DNA of 64,000 bases from Takakia lepidozioides (GCA_030704615.1 CM060731.1:496001-560000); one strand, 5' to 3'. Positions 24,821-53,468 are shown, numbered from the stretch's first letter. Made by a program: numbers and translations. Notes: generated by a model not told the origin, from the sequence alone.

Positions 24821-26041
24821 CAGTTCCATCTCACCCTCTCAAGGGGGTGGGAAGACTTGACATGCACCATCCTGTCGAAGATCATTAAGTTCTTACAATA
24901 TTCATGGTGTTCTCCAATCTGAAGGGGTAGGGGCCAACTTCCATGTCCATACTGTGATGCGCATGTGTTATTCTCGCCAGCTTGGCCATATCGCTCAGCC
25001 CAATACTTGGGAGTGGTGACAGATTTTGACTGAGTTCATTTTCCATAATTTGCAATTGACTTTTACCTTTCTATGGACCTTTCCCCTCCCCTCCCCTGCT
25101 GGAACCCATGGTACGCTGGAGGTCACAAACTCAACGGGTAGAAGCCTTGGCAGCAAGTCCCCTACCTCACTTGGAAGTGACGTTCCATAATATATTTTTA
25201 GGCTATGCTCCACGGACCAACACATGTTATGGGAAGGTCAGCTGATGAGGGCCTTCAACCGATGAGGGCGATAGCCAAATTCATTCTAAAACTGTGGAAG
25301 GGCCAAGTCAGCTGCCCCTTCACCGGCGGAAAAAGACCAACTTGCCCCTCCATCCTGCCCCCCAAAAAACCAAAAAAATCGTCTCCTAAGGCCCTAGGTG
25401 TCTTTGGCTTGGTGGAAGGTACGTCCTCCTGTCTAGATGAAATTTCGCGAAATGATTTTAACAAGCCTCAAACGGTGATGGGCTCTCTTGCTTTGGCCGA
25501 ACCCAAGAGGAAGGTAAGACTAGGGACCATGACACGGTGTAAGCTCCTTTGACCACATTTTCTCCGTTGGCTTGAACATGCTGCATAGTCTCCCTCTACA
25601 AGAGTCGGAGCCAACAAAAGAATTTCTAAGCAGTTGTTTCCACAGCGGAAGCGCCCCCCCCCCACCTTCGTGTTAGGGTCACCCTCGGCCTATTCCCCTC
25701 ATAGCATGGTAGGGCCTTGGAGGGGGGACTTTCCCTATACATACAAAACTCAAATGTGATCTGTCGTTTATGATATTACAATATTAGAAGTACTATTTTG
25801 ACTATAACTGTTAACCATCTTCTTTTTATGGTATGCCTCTGAGCCTAGTCATGAAGACATGATGTTTTAACCTTTTCCTTTCCAATTATTCCAAGTAAAA
25901 TATTCTATCTGTTCAGTATTGATAAATACCGGAAGCAACAGGAATTATGTGAGAGCTTAGCAAACTGTTCGTAGCTATCAGTCCCGAGGTCTCATTGGGT
26001 ATTGAGTCTGTGCACAAGTCAGCAACTCCCTTGCGTTTATG

Positions 26042-26752
26042 ATGTGTAGTTTGGAGAGGATCGGAAGAGTGTTCGTGCTGAGGCTCGTGGGGGAGAATGA
26101 GCAGCATCGATTGAACCCATCTGTTTGTTCAGAGATTATCGCAGCTCTAGACACTGTTGAAAAATCGGACGCAGGAGCCCTTGTTACCACGGCTGATGGG
26201 AAGTTTTTCTCAAATGGGCTTGACCTTGACTGGGTACATGTAGACAAAGAGCGTAGAGGTCCAGAACAGAGTGATGCATTTGAACAGCTTATCTTTGCAT
26301 TCATGAAATTAAGTATCCCCACAGTGGCTGCCATCTGCGGGCATGCGTCAGCTGGAGGTTTTATCCTGGCCATGGCTCATGACCACAGACTCATGAGAGG
26401 TGACCGGGGTTTTCTTTATATGAGTGAAATTGATGTCAATGTTGTCATCCCGCCTCGTCTTATGGAGCTTTTGACGCATAAAATGGAACCTCGGGTGCTC
26501 AAAGAAACCATCTTGAAGGGCTTGAGGTACACAGGAACCATGGCGCTGAAGGCTGGCCTGGTGGACTCTGTACACCAGACGGCCAGCGACACATTCGAGG
26601 CGGCCGTAGAAGAAGCTTCGAAGCTGGCCGGCAGGAATTGGTCAAGGTCTGTATACTTGGGCCTGCGAATGGGCATGCATACAAAGTACTTCTTAAAGAT
26701 GGAGGCAAAGCACGACCAACGTGATCAAGTAATCACACTGGCGAAGTTATGA
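26042..26752 (+). CDS. ECI: Peroxisomal delta3,delta2-enoyl-CoA isomerase (crotonase family, ECI2-like), single exon
   Basis: MCSLERIG start like plant ECIs; GKFFSNGLDL, PTVAAICGHASAGG, AHDHRLMRGDRGFLYMSE; C-terminal PTS1 AKL. A preceding in-frame ATG at 26039 is an alternative start. Confidence 0.93.
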   Translation: MCSLERIGRVFVLRLVGENEQHRLNPSVCSEIIAALDTVEKSDAGALVTTADGKFFSNGLDLDWVHVDKERRGPEQSDAFEQLIFAFMKLSIPTVAAICGHASAGGFILAMAHDHRLMRGDRGFLYMSEIDVNVVIPPRLMELLTHKMEPRVLKETILKGLRYTGTMALKAGLVDSVHQTASDTFEAAVEEASKLAGRNWSRSVYLGLRMGMHTKYFLKMEAKHDQRDQVITLAKL

Positions 26753-27724
26753 TTCCTATTCACTGTTATAATTTGACGGTTGCAAAACCGGAGTTTGGCC
26801 TCATGCTTGCACAAAGTATGAAGCACTCTGGACTTGCTCCTGTTGATGCTCTTGTCAAAGGACGACTGATGTGAAGGGGGTGGGCAACCCCCGATGATTT
26901 GTTTCGATAATTGTTCAGTTCACAATACCTCTAGATTTCATACGAGGTGAAAAGAATGCAATCTTGGCTATCGCTGTTTGATTTTAGCGAGTTGTTCTCG
27001 CCAATTAATTTACAAACAAGCAACGTGTTTGAGACATTTAGGACCTGATACATTTGCAGACCCTTGCATCAGGACAAATATAAGGCAGGAATTGATCTCC
27101 AAACAAATTAAACTTCCAAGTGTAAACATTTATGACCCACTGATGAGAACTCGGGTCCCATCAGTCTGAAGAATCCCCACGCGGGATGAGTGACTATTCA
27201 GTGGGGCCGGTCTATCTTCCAAGTCCTTATGATGTTGTTTTACAGGGATTATATACACAAGCTTGCTTTTTGGACATGATGCTCTTGTAATCTTCGTAGT
27301 CGCCCTGCCCTGGCACTCAGGAGCCCTGCACACGTCACAAGTCACAGCTCTGTGAGTCACAAGTTCAGGTGTCTTTTGCTGCTTTAGTTTTCCGATCCCA
27401 CCTTCACTGCTGGTTCAAGGCGGTGCCCAGATCCGTTATCCCTTACTCTGAACTTTGGTGCAGCATCTCTCCTTTAATTACATCATGCAATCCAGGCAGC
27501 TTCGTGTAAGGGCCTCTTCTCTCATTTCTTCTTGTTTGCTCTCAGGTGTTTTGGGGCTTGGGGGTTTCTACTAGGGGACACGGCTCTCCTTTATGCAGCT
27601 TCTTGTAGTCTTGCCCTTGGTGAGCTTGGAGCCTTCAGTAGAGCCTTCAGTAGCAAGCTGTTCTCGCAATATAGTTTGAGAAGATCGGGCTTCTTGTGTT
27701 CTGAGCTCCATGGAGGTCTTCCCT

Positions 27725-28110
27725 TAGACCCCATGCCTTTATGAGGGGCTCACTCCACTACCTTGGTGTAAGCAGATGTCCTCTGGTCCTCGCATGCATC
27801 AATATGCTGTATGAGCTGCCAGCAATTAGACCTCCCCGGGTGCCAGCTTTTAGGCTCAGGTGCAGGAACTATGTTATTGATGTTCCTGAAGAGAGTCACT
27901 CTCTGGTGAGAATACCCCAGACAATGTATCAGAAAAAGGATATAGTCTTCAGGTTGGCCGCACATGGGGCCATTCCAATCTCCTTTTCCTCTCTGCATCT
28001 GTTTATTGCTCAAAGGCAGGCTTCCCTTAAATTTCAGTCTATTGCCAAGGGTAGGTAGGTGAGAGAGAGAATGTGCTCATAAGCCATTATTTGCCATAGC
28101 CTTGTGGAAG
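27725..28110 (-). mobile_element. Two adjacent family A LINE 3' fragments
   Basis: Minus ORF has a CCHC-like PMCGQPEDY..FLIHC..YSHQR..LF, similar to 37996. 28061-28108 is the reverse complement of the family's CCACAAGGCTA...CTTATGAG.ACATTCTCTCTC end. Confidence 0.6.
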
Positions 28111-28746
28111 AGAGAGAGAGAGAGAGACAGAGAGGGAGATTGTTTCCATCCACAAAGGGTGCAGGCCCAACAACAGTCATTTTGTGCATCTACACGACTC
28201 GATCTTCTCCAAATGAAGTGACGAATCTTCTACATCTAGGCTATTACTAGAGGTGTCTAACCACATTCAAAACATGCAAAGATCATGTCACGAGGTACTA
28301 GCCTCTGGAGATCAATAAATGGGGTGACAGGATAGGCCCATGCACCCAATTACAAGTTGACACCTGAAGAAAAGGTCTCATTCATGCTAGCATCAAGGAA
28401 TAACACATCCTTTTCAGACTGCCTGGACCCTGAAGGGATTTCCCTCATTCCTATGGATTATCCGTTAATGTGCACTAGGCATGCAGAGTTTGAAGCTGGC
28501 TAGGTGAAGTTAAAGAAGCTCGAAGCATTTTGATGGATACACCGAGTGGTTGTAGAGTCACAGGAGTTGAGGGCGAACTCCAAAAATGGAACAAGTTGGT
28601 AGGGGATATATCCCAGTGGTCGCAGTTTTGCACCAACAGGTCAAAAGTTCAACACGGTCGGCAGCAAGTCTGTCCCTCTACACCATGTTCCTTGAAGTGT
28701 CTGCACCTTGGACATACTCGATTCAAAAGGTTTTTGAGCTATCATG

Positions 28747-31700
28747 TCATAGAGCCTTTGGTGCCACTTCCATCACTAGCTCGGTTTTTTCTTCCTGATA
28801 TTCCTCGATCACAACATGTCTGTCAATCCATTTCTCATTTGATGGAAGCTCACCTCCTCCCGCCAATGTGGCTGACAATTGAACTGTCCCCTCCTCTCCT
28901 TTTCTATCCTCCTCCCCCTCACTTTCCTCCCCACTCCCAAATGTGTCGTCTTCATCCCATTGGCTCGCAGTTTCACCACCCTGACCCGAACCCTCCCCTT
29001 CAATCTCATTACCTTCTTCATCTTCCTCTTCTGTTTCGTCATCCTCCTCCCATTCATCCTCATTCCAAGCATCAACTCCCCAGTCCTCTTCCTCCTCACT
29101 TTCTTCTTCCTCGCCTTCCTCTCCCTCATCTTTGCCAAGAAGTTTAGCCTCTGCTTCAGTGAGATAACTGTGATCGTTCCCTTGCATAATTTCGTCCTCC
29201 GACCTCATGGCAGCTAAGAGTTCTGGAGAGATGTCTTCATCATCCATGCTGTCCAAATCAGGCCGCTTCTCACCATCGGCCCAGCCACGATACAAAATCA
29301 ACTTGCTTGGCTCTGTGGACACCAACACTCCTCCAGTGGCATCCTGGGAATTGGAATGCAAGCATATAATTGTTTGGGTGCAATTTGACTGCTTTCAAAA
29401 GCAAACAATTCCCTCACAACAGCTGAAACTCTCAGCCCCCAAAGAATGTGCTAAAAGATATTTTGCAGACCAGCTCAACCTACCTATCTCTTCCACTCCC
29501 CAATGTCTTCTCATCCTCAACTGGAAAAGCATTGAGGTACAAAAGAAATATTGAGCATACACTCGCACATAGAAGACAAAATGGAGGCCACCAACTAACC
29601 TCCAACTGTTCGACAATCTCTGCCACGGGGGTACCCTTAGCTCTACCCTTCACACCCACTTTGACGAGAGCATGCTTCTGAAAGTAGAGGCGAATAGATT
29701 TTGCCAGCCCTGCCACCACATTGCTCTTCCCTGCATTCACTCCAACCAGCAGGTACCTCAGACATGGTCTCAGTTTGTTTCCGAAGGTCAGAGGTCCAAA
29801 TTGGCACACCCATAGCTATCAAAATCTCTCTATGGTTCTGTTGTGTGTCCCTGGAACACTAGGCCAGACGTAAGAAACTTCTTTGTTCTGTGTGTGAGTG
29901 TGCCTCCTCTTTTGCTTGTCTCGGTGGTGCCGCTCCCAGGTGAGTAGCAACAGATAGAGAGAGAGAAGACGCCGGTCAAAGCCGGCGTAACTAAGAGCCA
30001 CTTTGCCTTATGGCTACTGACCCCTTTCAGGGGTGGGCCCTAAAAAAAGGACAGGTGCAGCAGCCCCTGTTTTAGGCAACCTAGGAGCAAGAGTTTTCTA
30101 GTTTTCGTTTGTTGGTGACAAGAGCTGTAAGCTGATGGCGGTGAGGTGGATGAGTAGAAACAAATCAATAATTCCGGGAGGGTTAATATTCTACCAGAAA
30201 TCTGCCTCATGGATACACTGTAGGAATCGTTGCAGGGAATGTCAGCTGGGTGGGGACAAATAGGGCAAGAGCACTGACCAACATTGAAGTGAGCAGTCTT
30301 GCCCAGTTTGAGAGCTTGATGCCGCAGCAAAAGCCTTTCTTTCCTTGTTAGAGGCGCAGCCCTGAAAATGGGGTCCAATGTCATACGCCCACCCTCACTA
30401 CTCCCCATAGACAAGCTAAAGGCACTCTCAATATCCAGATCATCAGATTCCTCGTCGTCTTCTTTTGTCACCATCTCCGTGAAGGCTGGGGAGGCCTTCA
30501 TGGACAAGTCATCATCTGACTCGGCCAGAGCTTCACCACTACTCTCTGCAATTTTGTCCTCTTCTTCCATTTTGTCCTGCACACAGCCTTGTAGACATCA
30601 GTTGGCATTGGAGGGCATAACCCTGCTAATGTCTAGTTTCCCCTAATGCGTTTTTAAGGAAATATCTTGCAATACTTCCCCTGTTGTTCAGTTTCATCAA
30701 CATTCTTTCCAGTTTTGTGTGATTCCAGATCAAGAGGAAACAAGTCGAGTAAAAGGAATCAAGCCAATTTGCTGCTAGAAGTGGAGTGGCGTACCAAGCC
30801 TACTCTCATTTTCCCTATCTCCTGCTCCAAAGCCAGAATGTGCTTCTCCAAAGCCTGCCAAGCCCAAATTTCAAAATGAAGGGGTTGAAGTGCAATGACC
30901 AGAACTCAAGTCAGCAACAAAACACGTCACTATATTATCAATCAGGATATCAACTTAGGAGAAGTGGCTCTTAGTTACACTGGCTTCGGCCGTAGTCTTC
31001 TCTCTCTCTCTCTCTGACATGGGACATGGAACTGCCCACCCACGAAGGGGGGCTCTATCTAGAAATAGAACAAAGGTTGAGGGTTGTACCTGCTTCCGCT
31101 GCATCTCAAGAGACCTTTTCAAAGCCTGCCGCTTTGTGAGCAGATGCCGTGGCCGTAACTCAGGAGGACGCTGGTAGTTTTTGCCCCTGTACACTATAAT
31201 GGCTGGGCCCTTTGATGTAGTTACTATCCCAACCAAGATTCCTCCACTCTCTATTTCTAACATTTTGGCAGTCTTCTCAACCTCGATGCTGTTGTGTCCC
31301 TTTGCAAGGATCTTCACAAGTTCCCTGTGCTTCCAATGCAAATGCATGTTCTCAACCACCCCATCAAAAATTCCTCGCCTCCCTGCAGTGGTCATGCCAT
31401 TTTCGAACCGATGAGGGAGAAGACGCAAGCAAACAAAGCTCAGCATCCACTCCTGACTTTTATCCGTTCAGTCACTACAGCTTACCCATGCTAACATTAC
31501 CTCCCTTCAGCAGAAGTATCATACAATCATTGAAGCAGCACCTACACTTGAGATCCCTATAGGCTATCCTACAAGAGATTCAATGTTGTTAGAACCAAAG
31601 ATCTTCCCTCAGGACTTGCCCTTAACAATATCCCCAAAATTAGAGTCTGAAGCTTCTCAAGCTCATCTGTGGATATCATTGAGCAACCAAACCAGAGTGG

Positions 31701-34700
31701 GCATGTGCTCTATAAGGGATTGAATGCTCACCTAGAAGAAGAAATGCCTTCATACGCAAGCCCAGCTTCCGAAACATATACTTCTCCTCATCAGTGAGGT
31801 GCTCCCTATCTACAGGTGGACCTGTAGGCCTGAACAGCTTCTCTAGTTTTGCTAGTTCCATCTCTGCTCTTGCTTTCTTTTGCGTCGCCTGTATCAAGAC
31901 AGTCCAGACAGCATAACAAGCCATTGGCTGATTTTCGATCCTGCTGAGGCACTCAAAAGTTTTTCAAATGCAATTCCAATGATGACCATCAACTGCCTGA
32001 TTTGGCTTGGACTGTCATTCATAGTGTCCCACTCTCCGGAAACCTGCAGCCCACACAAAGGATTGTGGGAGCTAAGTTCAATACATGCCTGTCCCTATCG
32101 CTCAAACCAAAACTGACATGATTGTTCTCTCAAGGAAAGGTAGCAGAACTCACAAGGTTCACTTTTCTCTCTATCCTGTGAGCAGCTGCAAATCTTGCAG
32201 CCTTGCGTGCCTCCAATCTGTTCTTATGTTGTTCCTCGCTATTCTGCCAAACCTCCCATGTGGCCTTTGCCTCCAATGTTTCAGCCAGAGTCCCAACCGT
32301 GCTGTAAATCACAAGAAGAAAGTGAATATACAATAGTGTATGTCAGAAAGCATGAACTCTGTACCCAAAGTTTGCTTCAAATTTCTGCAGGGCCAAATAA
32401 AATATGTGAGAGGGGTTAAGAGTACCACAGATTGCAAACTCTTCCGGAATACCAGAGATTTCTTACAAATTCCCTTGAGAAACAATGCAGTTCTGCTGTG
32501 AAGAAACAACACATCAACATCAAACAAAGTCCCTACAAATTGTTGCATAGTGTTAACCTGGTTTCTACAGGAGCATCTGCAAGCTGCACAACATTGCTAC
32601 GGCTTGCCATGCGAACCCTCTCCTCCTCCTCCTGCAGGGCTTTTGACATTGCGTCTCTCTCCTCCAGAGCTGCCTGGACTGCAGGGGGTAGAAAATCCTT
32701 CCCCCGATACAGCACAATGAACTCCTTGTCTCGGGCTAGGAGAGTGCCCCCCGTTAACCGCTGATGCCAGCAATAACAAAATTCGGTCATTGGAATAGGG
32801 GACTACCACAATAAGGGTTCCATATCCACCATTCCATCATTTTAATCTTGCTGGTTAATCTTCAATACCTCGTTGAGTTGAACAGGAAAAAGGTGCTACT
32901 TAAAGAAGCAAAACTATAGAGAAATGCTATAGAGGGAACCGTGGGACTGGGAATCATGGGGCTCTAGCTGTGTTGTGAATATATATTGCTCCTTTCATAA
33001 GACATAGCAAGAGAGGCAGTAGGCAAAAGAGGATTGGGATTTTGCCACCTTCCAACCTTCTTTTGTCATTCACCATTGTGGTAACCATGGGCCTGATTCC
33101 TGAGAGAAGCCAAGCATCCGGGAGAATCTGGACATAGTTGTCACTCTGAGTTTAAAACAAAGCTAAACACGCAGCAAGCAGGGCAGGTCTTGACCTTGAG
33201 TTCCTCAGCCATTCGCTCATTGTTGGTGTTTTGCACACCCCTCTTCACCCCGATTTTCACAACTTCGCTCTTCTCCCACAACTTCACAATTGCAGCAGCC
33301 AGCCCACTGAGTCCTCTGTTCCTCCCTGGTTGTCACACCATGCCAATGCTCAGATGTTACCCTCTAGATTCAGGTTGATTGGACTGAAGATGCAACAAAG
33401 TGAAGTACATCACGTACATCAAGGCAAGCAGGAAATATTCAGCAGCTGGTTAAAATGTGTGGGAAGTACCTAGGACGAAATGGGGTGCCAGGGGCCTTGC
33501 CAAATGGCGTAAATCTGTCATTTCAAAATTTGACAATTTTGGTTTGATACCATAAGGAAGCAGCCTGAAAGGGCGCTTGAAAACTGCATTAGGACCTAAT
33601 AGCAGGTCCCCATCCACTGGAACTGGCTTGTTCCCTGTCCAGTCTGCATATCGTGGACCAAGACCTTCCAGGATATCTTCGATTGCGTCAAATTCTGTCT
33701 CGTCTGCTGCAGCTCCTTCAGTCTCCCTTGATGCAGGACCGGCTTTAGGGCAAGAGTTGCACAGAAGGACAGGTAAGTCAACTCTGTAAATCTGTCTCGA
33801 TGATTAAGCTCAGTGACAATTTCTAAATCCCATAAACTAGTTTGAGTGGAGCACAGAAGTGAACACACCACTATAAATTTCTAACCTAGGGCTGAAGGAG
33901 CCTGGTAGATCACTACACCAGAATTTGCTTCATTATGAAATGGACAACAGTTTCCTGGACAGGTGAATCGCTATGGTATGATGGATATCAATCAACAAAC
34001 AAAACTTTACCAATTTCCAGCTGTGGGAACAAACTAACCTGAGGAATTGACTGTCTGAGTCTCTGTGGGGACAATTTCAGTCGTGTCCTTCTCCTTGTCT
34101 TCATGTAGAGACATCAGCTTCTTCCTCTCTTCTTCTTCCTTTTCTTGAGCAAGACGGACAGCAGGAGGCACATAGTCCTTCCCTCGATAAACCACTGCTG
34201 CACTCCCTGATCTCCAAATCACCAATCCTCCTGACCGCTTCTGGTAAGGCATAAACCCTGACATGTAAGAAAATAACCACTAAAGGACAAGGTTGGTACG
34301 TACAAGCAGGATATGATTCATGAATACGATAGAAAAGCTAAAGCAAGCCAATCCCGCAGGATATTCTTAGATAAGTAGAGGACTTACTTTCTTGGATATG
34401 TCTCTTGCGATTTAATGATGCAAATGTACATTTTACATCAAATTCATATAGAAGGATAGACCAAGACAAACCTCCAGCTCCTCATGTGTCCTCTTCATGT
34501 TCAGCGCAGGAGGGCCGTCACACTTCACTTTAACAATTTCACAAGTCCGCCACCCATTATGGAGTGCTTCCACAATGCCAGGGGTAACCCCCAGCCGACC
34601 AATCTTGAGCCGTTGCCTCACCATCAATCCCAGTGCCCGCAACCTTTTGAGTTCATCTTCTGGGATGGTGAGCTCCGCCATTGAGGGAGGTTTTACCTTC

Positions 34701-35997
34701 TTCTTTTTCTCAATGAGGTCATCCTCTAAGTCCCCATCATCATCACCTCTCTCCCATGGAAACCTTGCATCCACTGCCTCTTTCACAACTTCAGGGGAGG
34801 CAGGCTTTGGGACCGGGTGGTCAGGGCTACTCCATCCCTTGCCTAGGGCAGGAAACACTGGGTGGCCAGGCCTGATGAAGCAGGGGTAACGAACCAAAAT
34901 TTACCAGGAATTTTGTAGGGTTTTAATTATGTTCTCAATTTTCAAACCATGTTCACTCTTTGGAGCAGATAATAAAATCAAAGGGCACCCAGCACAACAA
35001 CACAGCTCAGAAAACAACCGACGGCTTGGAAGTCTCGCCATGCTTTTAAACTACCAATGTAGAGAAATTCGAGAAACAATATTTTGCTCGTGTGATCTTG
35101 AATTTTAAAAATATAAGCTCCATACCTTGGAAGGAAAACTGAATTTGAAGTGAGAGACCGCTTCTGCTGCAGATTGACCCTGTCAGTCCTAGGCTGGAGT
35201 GCAGGATTGTTCTTTTGTATTTCCCGCAGCTTGTCCACAATGCGAGACATGGCGGACTTCTCTCCTCGCCCATCAAAATGCTTACTATCAACTTCCGCAT
35301 CTTCAGTGTCCTCCATCCCAAATTCTTGCTCTTCATCCCTCAGGACAGGAGGAGACCTTGACACTCCGCTGTTGACACTTCCTGCTCTAGAACGACCCTG
35401 CTCCCATGGAGCCCGGTGCATGTTTCGACCATTGTCAGACGGCGCAGGGCGACTAGAGCGATAGCTATAATTTCCATTACTTCCGGCAGAACTTTGACGT
35501 CCCGCAGGCGCCTCCCTGCCATTCCGCCGCCTGCTCGTTGAAGCACTCTTATCATCAGACTCGTGGAACGATGGCCTCTGGGACTCCCAGGGAGGAGCCT
35601 GCTTAAACCTTGAATGCCCATCGGCAGATGGAGGCCCACTGGGAAGATTCCACGGCAGCTCTTTGGTAGGAGCTCCATCCCATGGTAGCTCCTTCCTGGG
35701 AGCTCCAGTACGTTGACGATACGGTGAATCCCTCGTAGCACCAGGAGTCCGTTGCCTCCGCTGCCACTGAGACGAGTTCTTAAACCCCTCCTCCTCCTCA
35801 ACCTCATAAACCTCCGAGCCGGAACAGGCAACAAAATGTGAGCAACAAACATTCGCAGAGTAATTGCATCGATTGGCATTAAATAAAAGGCATAGAGAGC
35901 TCCCGCCTACATGCGAGGCTGAAGACGACCCCACACGAGAATGCAGGGGTTCCACTGCCCGCATGGGGCCAATGAACCTCCCAGGCAGAAGCGCCAT
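28747..35997 (-). CDS. CFM2: Chloroplast group I/II intron splicing factor with four CRM domains (CFM2-like), multi-exon
   Basis: Transit peptide-like N-terminus. CRM1 ([12 protein letters not shown]...[16 protein letters not shown]), CRM2 ([19 protein letters not shown]...VLYRGKDF), CRM3 ([44 protein letters not shown]), CRM4 ([12 protein letters not shown]...KGRAKGT...[18 protein letters not shown]). Four CRM domains distinguish CFM2 from CRS1/CFM3. Confidence 0.9.
29955..30048 (-). mobile_element. Family B retroelement 3' end (about 90 bp, (CT)n tail), in CFM2 intron
   Basis: GCCGGCGTAACTAAGAGCCACTT core shared with 30961-31016, 51131-51181 and 54632-54718. Confidence 0.7.
30961..31016 (+). 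mobile_element. Family B retroelement 3' end, in CFM2 intron
   Basis: GAAGTGGCTCTTAGTTACACTGGCTTCGGCC...(CT)n. Confidence 0.7.
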
Positions 35998-36268
35998 CTA
36001 AACTCTTTTCCCCAGCCCTCCCTCACTTCCCTACTTCAACAATAAATATCACATCTACCAGAATCCCTCCCTCTCTCTCTCTCTCTCTGAACCCTAATTC
36101 CTAGCTGCGAACACTCGTCTAGCCTGGAGATTGTAAGCTTCCATCGCCAGCCATCTCTCCTGCAGACTCTCTCTCACGAGTGTAACGCGGTCTCGTGGTA
36201 TTGTGTGGATAACACTGATTTTGTTTTTCTTTTCCTATTTTCTTTTTGAAATTTAGTTTCAGCAACAA

Positions 36269-36585
36269 TCAGTAGCTCAGTGGGTTAAGTGCACTAAGTG
36301 CCACCCAGATGATTCTGGGGTCAAATCTTGCTACTGACGGGTGTGGAATACTCTTCTCCTAGGTTCCTGGGCGGTGTTCCATTTCTCAGCCTCCATGGCA
36401 CGGTTACTGTGAAAGAGGTTATTTTCTCCTCTCACTATCAAGGGGCCTGATTTGTGAGCTGTCGCTCCCAGGTGTTTCCCTAAAATAAATAAATCTAACC
36501 TGGGTTAGTGTGACCTAACCTACTCTAAACCGCGGGAGTGATTCGGGTTGCTTAATCACACCGAGATTTCCCTCCAAAAACAAAC
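36269..36585 (+). mobile_element. tRNA-derived SINE-like element in the CFM2/SMC5 divergent intergenic region
   Basis: A box TAGCTCAGTGG, degenerate B box GGGTCAAATC, complementary ends TCAGTAGC (36269) / GCTACTGA (36330-36337), then about 240 bp of body ending in an A-rich tail. Confidence 0.6.
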
Positions 36586-36858
36586 GCGCCATCTCTCTGT
36601 CTGTCTCCTGTGTGTTTAGCTGTGTGTTTGCTGTGGATCTGCGTGTGTGTGGCTCTTTCTCCCGTAAAAAATATGGCATGTGGAGCACCTGCATTGTCTC
36701 TGTTTCATGTGTGATGCAGTGAGGGGTGAGAGTTTTGTCTGTCTCTATCTACGCCTCAAAACTCGTTGTTTTCTCCAAAAATCCTTGCGATTAGGTGCTT
36801 TGTTCTTCTCCGTCTAGCTCTCTTTAGCTAAGCGGGGCGCCTTCCACACGTCCTCTTC

Positions 36859-51904
<15,046 letters not shown>

Positions 51905-52704
51905 TTTTTCTGGGGTTGATATCTAGAAAGGTAAAGGCTTGGGCTTGCGGTAGATGTTGGGGAATGAAAAAGCAGATGAGATTTATGAATACGCTGCGAG
52001 TTGTTTTCCTGTTGAGTTGATTAGAACCAGATCATCAGAAACTGTAGTATTGTAGCAGCAGAAATGTGTCGAGTCTCTATGTTGCAGAAACAATGGATAG
52101 GGGCACACCGATTGGGTGTGATTATAATCAGTTACCGGGAGAATTTTAATGCATATTGAGGATTGTGCACATGGTGTTAAATGTCCTTGCCCGTTTGCAA
52201 CTCCCATGGTTGTAGAGGGCCTGAGTGCAAGAAACTCAATATCAAGCCTTGGATGTGATACTTTCTTGGAGTCAAGTCTGGCAGGGTTTGTCATTAATAT
52301 TCCGGTGGTTAAAATATCTGCTTTTGCAACAAGGCCTTGATTTTCTGGATTGTATGTTGTCGAAACTACTTGAAGTTGTCTCAAGATCCTTGTTGTGTTC
52401 AGATGTGTCCAGATAGGAGGACAGTACCATCATAGCAAGATGCGAGGGAGAGAATTAACAATTGAGATGTATCATATGCAGTTGATGAGGTGGGTGCAGC
52501 TGCGGTGTGGAGTGCTGGTGGTATCCAACAATTGACCAAACAGCATCACTTGGACATCTTTACTGATTTAAATGACTGGAATGTATTTTTAATGATGGCA
52601 CATGCAACATATTACATTATAATTATGTTTGTTTCGCCAACAAAACTCATTGTGCTCAAGATAGTTTTGCCAGAGAAATACTGTTGTTTATACTAATATA
52701 GGGT

Positions 52705-53468
52705 TAAAAGTAGTGTTTTGTATAGGGTAAGGTTTGACATAGATTGTGTTCTCGAGGGGGAGAACCCTAGACCCGAGAGGGCAGTATAATATTAAAAGTA
52801 GTGCTTTGTATAGGCAAAGGTTTGGCATAGATTGTGTTCTCAAGGGAGGACTTAGCCATTTTGGGCCCCATATTGGAAAAATGGCATCGAATTTCCAGTT
52901 TCGGGGCCAGAAATGGCTAAGTCCCGGAGCAGCGTGCACCGAAATTGAAAATTCGGCGCCATTTTTCCAGTTTGGGGCCCAAAATGGCTGCCCCATATTT
53001 CCAGTGTTTGGGCCGGGACTCAAAAATTGGGAATTCGGGGCCATATTTCCAGTTTTGGGGCCGAGATATCTTGGGACTAGAATGGCCATAAAACAAAGAA
53101 CATTACAGCAGGTGTGTAGAGAAGGCGCATTGTCGCTTTGCCCGCGTTCGGCTGATTGGTGAACTGATTAGTGAACGCGTGGCTTCTCCAGGCATGCGGC
53201 ATGATGGAATAGGTCGGTTTTGAATAGCAAAAAGTACCTCGTGATATAGTGAGGCTCTCTGCTCCTGGCGAAATCTCCAGCTTGAACTGATTTGCTTGGG
53301 TCTGCAGCTGCTCTTGGAAATTTGTGGTGACCTGCGAATAGTCTCCATCAGACAACATTTTCAACCCTAGACCGAGGTCAGTATAATATTAAAAGTAGTG
53401 CTTTGTATAGGGTAAGGTTTGGCATAGATTATGTTCTCGAGGGGGAGAGTCCTAGACCCGAGGGTATA
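52705..53468. repeat. Approx. 87-bp direct repeat (3 copies) interrupted by a 500-bp TTGGGGCC-rich insert
   Basis: TTAAAAGTAGTGYTTTGTATAGG..AAGGTTTG.CATAGATT.TGTTCTC.AGGG near 52704, 52792 and 53389. 52850-53090 holds about 6 TT(C/T)GGG(G)CC motifs. Confidence 0.7.

Noticed and set aside
23280-25740. Possible decayed LINE/LTR coding remnants (short ORFs at 23516, 24995, 25205, 25468)
   Set aside because: No diagnostic RT, endonuclease, gag or integrase motif that I could recognise with confidence.
36269-36337. Functional tRNA gene
   Set aside because: The B box/T arm is degenerate, there is no convincing anticodon arm or poly-T terminator, and a SINE-like body follows.
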